A DNA stretch of 64,000 bases. Source: Chloroflexota bacterium. GTDB lineage: Bacteria; Chloroflexota; Limnocylindria; Limnocylindrales; CSP1-4. The stretch lies in assembly GCA_025358515.1 (NCBI GenBank), contig JANYJG010000061.1:18113-82112 (forward strand), given 5' to 3'. Position 1 is the stretch's first letter. Each line of letters begins with the position of its first letter. The notes under the pieces were generated by a model. The model was not told the DNA's origin. It searched no databases and worked only from the letters and a program-made list of their open reading frames with translations. The translations under genes were made by a program, and so were the position numbers. Shown piece by piece: positions 62,597-64,000 of this stretch.

Positions 62597-63724
62597 CTGG
62601 CGGTCGACTCAGTCGCTTCGGCGTCGACCGACGCCCCGGTGGCCTCGCGCTCGAGTTCGGCCTGCATGAAGGCATCCAGATCGCCATCTAGAACGGCGGC
62701 GGTGTTGCCCGTCTCCATGTCCGTGCGGTGGTCCTTGACCATCTGGTAGGGGTGCAAGACGTAGCTGCGGATCTGATTACCCCAGCCGGCCTCGACGTGT
62801 TCGCCGCGCAGTTTGCGCAGGGCCGCTTCGTGTTCCTCAACGGCCCGCTCCAGCAGACGCGCCTGGAGGATCTTGGCGGCGGTCTCCTTGTTCTGGGTCT
62901 GGGACCGCTCGTTCTGGCTCTGCGACACGATGCCGGTCGGGATGTGGGTCAGGCGCACGGCTGAGTCGGTCTTGTTGACGTGTTGACCGCCGGCTCCGGT
63001 CGCCCGGAAGGTGTCCATCCTGATGTCGTCCCAGTTCAACTCGACTTCGATGTCGTTCTCGACTTCCGGCAGGACTTCGGCCAGAGCGAACGTGGTGTGG
63101 CGCCGCTTCTGGGAGTCAAAGGGGCTGATTCGAACGAGCCGGTGGACGCCCCGCTCGGCCTTCATGAAGCCGTAGGCAGCTCGGCCGTCTATGGCCACCG
63201 TGACGCTCTTGATGCCGGTCTCCTCGCCCTCGGTCTGATCGAGGATCTCGGTCGCGAACTTGTGCCGTTCGGCCCAGCGCAGGTACATGCGCAGGAGAAT
63301 CTCCGCCCAGTCGGTCGCCTCCGTGCCCCCGGCTCCGGCGCTGATCGTCAGCAGCGCGTTGCGCTGGTCGTACTGACCGCCGAATAGCAACTGCCGCCTG
63401 GCCGCTTCGTACCCGGTCAGAAGCTCGGCGGCTTCCTTGGCCACGTCATCGAGGAGGCTCTGGTCGTCCTCCTCCTGGGAAAGATCGAGCAGCTCGGCGG
63501 TGGACTGGGCGCGCGATTCTAGGTCGTGCCACAGCTGGAGTTCTTCGCGCAGGACCTCTGCCTCGCGCAGCACCTTCGCCGCGCTGCGCTGGTCATCCCA
63601 GAACCCGGCTTCGCCGGTGCGCGCGTCTAGTTCGTTGAGGCGGGTCTGCTTGGAAGGGAGGTCAAAGACGCCCCGATGTCGCCTGGATCCGCAGGACCAG
63701 GTCGCGGATTTCGGCCGGTTCCAT
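62593..63724 (-). CDS. prfB: Peptide chain release factor 2, requires programmed +1 frameshift
   Basis: Frame 0 reads MEPAEIRDLVLRIQATSGRL, then TGA within CTT TGA C (TGA at 63664..63662). The +1 frame continues DLPSKQTRLNELDARTGEAGFWDD ... SPF (RISPFDS) ... GGQ (GAGGQHVNKTDSAV). Confidence 0.93.
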
Positions 63725-63948
63725 TACCGGCCTCTCGCGTCCTGGAGCAGGATCGGTCGGAGCTCGATCAAGCGCAGGGCGCTCTTGCTCCGGGCGACGA
63801 CGGGGTTCACGCAGGGGCAGTAAACGTTGTGCGGGCAAACGCCGCAATTGCCATCGCAGTCGAGCGCAGCCGCGTAGCTGCAGTTCCGACAGTCACGCTC
63901 ACACGCGATGAGATCGATGAACGCAGCTTCTTCAGATACCTGCTTCAC
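63724..63948 (-). CDS. Small Cys-rich protein (8 Cys), unknown function, translationally coupled to prfB
   Basis: GTG start with GAGGAG 4 nt upstream. 74 aa. IACERDCRNCSYAAALDCDGNCGVCPHNVYCPC contains two C-x3-C-x2-C motifs plus CPC. The stop TAA overlaps the prfB ATG (TAATG). Confidence 0.5.
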   Translation of the reverse strand: MKQVSEEAAFIDLIACERDCRNCSYAAALDCDGNCGVCPHNVYCPCVNPVVARSKSALRLIELRPILLQDARGR

Positions 63949-64000
63949 TACTCTCCTCAGAATGTGACGGCAGTCGACCCCTCAGCAGCGCCACCGCCGG

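Overview
High-GC (roughly two-thirds G+C by eye) chromosomal segment that includes the replication-origin neighbourhood. The synteny is typical of Actinomycetota-like Terrabacteria: rpmH-rnpA-yidD-yidC-jag lies divergent from dnaA ... oriC-dnaN-recF-DUF721, and prfB-ftsE-ftsX-smpB-ssrA is present. Taxon assignment is inference only.

Left to right:
- The distal half of a complex I operon (nuoI-like, J, K, L, M, N).
- An intact IS (DDE/rve transposase) with about 50-bp imperfect inverted repeats and 16-bp flanking direct repeats.
- A sortase-fold protein with Ser at the catalytic Cys position, then CorA and a DHA2-type MFS gene.
- An island of about 4 kb that looks more AT-rich. It encodes a small secreted aromatic-rich protein, a lipoprotein and a MacAB/YknXYZ-type adaptor-ABC-FtsX exporter.
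- A tightly coupled operon headed by an ArsR-type regulator, with a consensus-like promoter and a 26-bp palindrome. It encodes a PIP-synthase-type CDP-alcohol transferase, inositol-1-P synthase, two HtrB/PatA-like acyltransferases, a PHP phosphoesterase and a PimA-like GT4.
- Directly beside it, a 2122-aa double GT-C fusion protein, two further GT-C membrane glycosyltransferases (one DUF2723/TMEM260-like) and a Ppm1/DPM1-like GT2.
- A BFN nuclease, a PP2C-like/beta-propeller membrane protein, DUF721 (DciA-type), recF and dnaN.
- A DnaA-box cluster with an AT-rich stretch (oriC), separated from dnaA by four sugar-modification/BKACE genes.
- A VanW protein, MFS and DUF998-like membrane proteins, two divergent secreted metallophosphoesterases and a Ddn-type F420 nitroreductase.
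- tmRNA, smpB, an S41 protease, ftsX, ftsE, a GNAT gene, prfB with the classic CTT TGA C +1 frameshift, and a small Cys-rich ORF coupled to prfB.

I found no rRNA, tRNA or CRISPR array. The many long ORFs antisense to these genes are GC-driven shadow ORFs.
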